This document shows positions 62,787-64,000 of a DNA stretch of 64,000 bases, piece by piece (the first letter of the stretch is position 1; each line of letters begins with the position of its first letter). The position numbers were made by a program, and so were the translations under genes. The notes under the pieces are model-generated. The model ran no database searches. It had not been told where the DNA came from and saw only the letters and a list, made by a program, of their open reading frames with translations. This stretch comes from Octopus sinensis (lineage: Eukaryota): assembly GCF_006345805.1 (NCBI RefSeq), contig NC_042999.1, positions 141,174,001 to 141,238,000 on the forward strand. The letters are read 5' to 3'.

Positions 62787-63534
62787 ACATATCCACAAGC
62801 CCATTCAGAAAATCAGTTTTCTTATTCTCAATCTTTCCACAGATAAAATTGCAAAGATATACACTAAACAAGCAACCTACATAACATGCATGTAATTATT
62901 TTTGTATTGTTTTTCAAAATTTTAAATCAATTTCTTCAATATTTATTGAAAGTATTCCTGTCCTATCACTCACACACTCATGCATACACAGACACACACT
63001 GAACACTTTAAAATGTAAATTAATACCTCCTAATATATCTCATGCTTCATTTATTGTTGTTATTTAATCTCCTTATATGCATTACGGCTGGTTTCTACAT
63101 TGTTCAGCATTATTGTGTATAATAATGAAAGCTTTCTTCTTTAATTTTGTTAATTGTTTGCTCTTTGTTTTGGTGTATTTTAGATATTGTTTTTTTTTTC
63201 CATGAAGTGCATGGAAAGAAAGCATATTGCTGCATGATGGTGAGATTAGAGCATTGAATGTAGGAGGTCTTATGAGGCTGTATGTGAGCTAAGAGTACAG
63301 CTGATTATCAAAGGCCTCCACTAATGTGTGTATAAGACATGATTGTGCTAGTATGGATATGTGATGTGAATGGATGATGAAAGTTGGAGGGGGAAATGTC
63401 AGCTGCTGACAGTGGCAGATATCTTTAGTATCTTTGATAGACTACAAAAGACAAAGCAAGGAAAGTGATAAGGTTTTTAAGGTATTGAATTTTACATGCA
63501 AACTGACAAATGATGAAGATGAATGACATCATTA

Positions 63535-63760
63535 TCATCATTTTTTAACATTCATTTTCAATGTTAGCACAAGTAGGACAATTCAGCAGGATTTAATGGA
63601 TCCAATGACTACATCATGCCACAGTGTCTGCTTTGCCATAGTTTCTACTGGTGGACGCCCTTCCTAATACCAACTACTATACAAAGTGTACTGGATGCTT
63701 TTTTTCATGGCACCAGCACTAGTGTAGTTACCATGCACTTTACAAGACCAAGATACACTT
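63535..63760 (-). mobile_element. RTE-type 3' end fragment (continues as purine-rich sequence to the window end)
   Basis: ggacgcccttcctaataccaac...ggcaccagcactagtg, parallel to 29400-29500. Confidence 0.6.
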
Positions 63761-64000
63761 TAACTGAGTGGAGCTACAGTAGAAAGGGATGTGACTTTAT
63801 GTGAAGAGATAAGTTAAAATATGAAAGGGGCCAAAATAGATTTCTTGTTGTGGAGGAGCTACATAGTTACGTTATAAAAGAGATGAGAGTAACTGGAGTG
63901 GATCTGGAAAGAGAGGGGAAAAGTGTGATGAAGTGTTAGGAGGAACCCTCAATGTCCAAGATGAGTTGATGTGAATGGGGACAGAATAATAGGGTGTGTA

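Overview
AT-rich, microsatellite-dense eukaryotic DNA. The repeat landscape looks like an octopus/coleoid cephalopod genome; this is an inference, not a database result. Almost all short ORFs in the supplied track are simple-repeat or transposon artefacts. The only confidently recognised host coding sequence is one 128-bp internal exon of the mRNA decapping factor DCP1 (36614-36741, +), so much of the window is probably intronic. The rest is a mobile-element graveyard. It holds a very young full-length Ty3/Gypsy LTR retrotransposon (50829-56150, -; 4-bp TSD, tRNA-Trp PBS, -1 frameshift signal, LTRs differing only by indels) and a 3-kb 5'-truncated RTE LINE interrupted by a young tRNA-SINE, plus several more RTE fragments. 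It also holds Penelope-like, R4-clade and CR1/Jockey-type relics, mariner relics, MITEs and many SINEs. Signals the ORF track misses: a CpG-decayed histone H4 pseudogene (15013-15198); perfect template-switch-like palindromes at the same homologous site in two RTE copies; and a 364-bp rod-like inverted repeat capped by a degenerate hammerhead-ribozyme-like core (61432-61795). The last is the best candidate for something undescribed.
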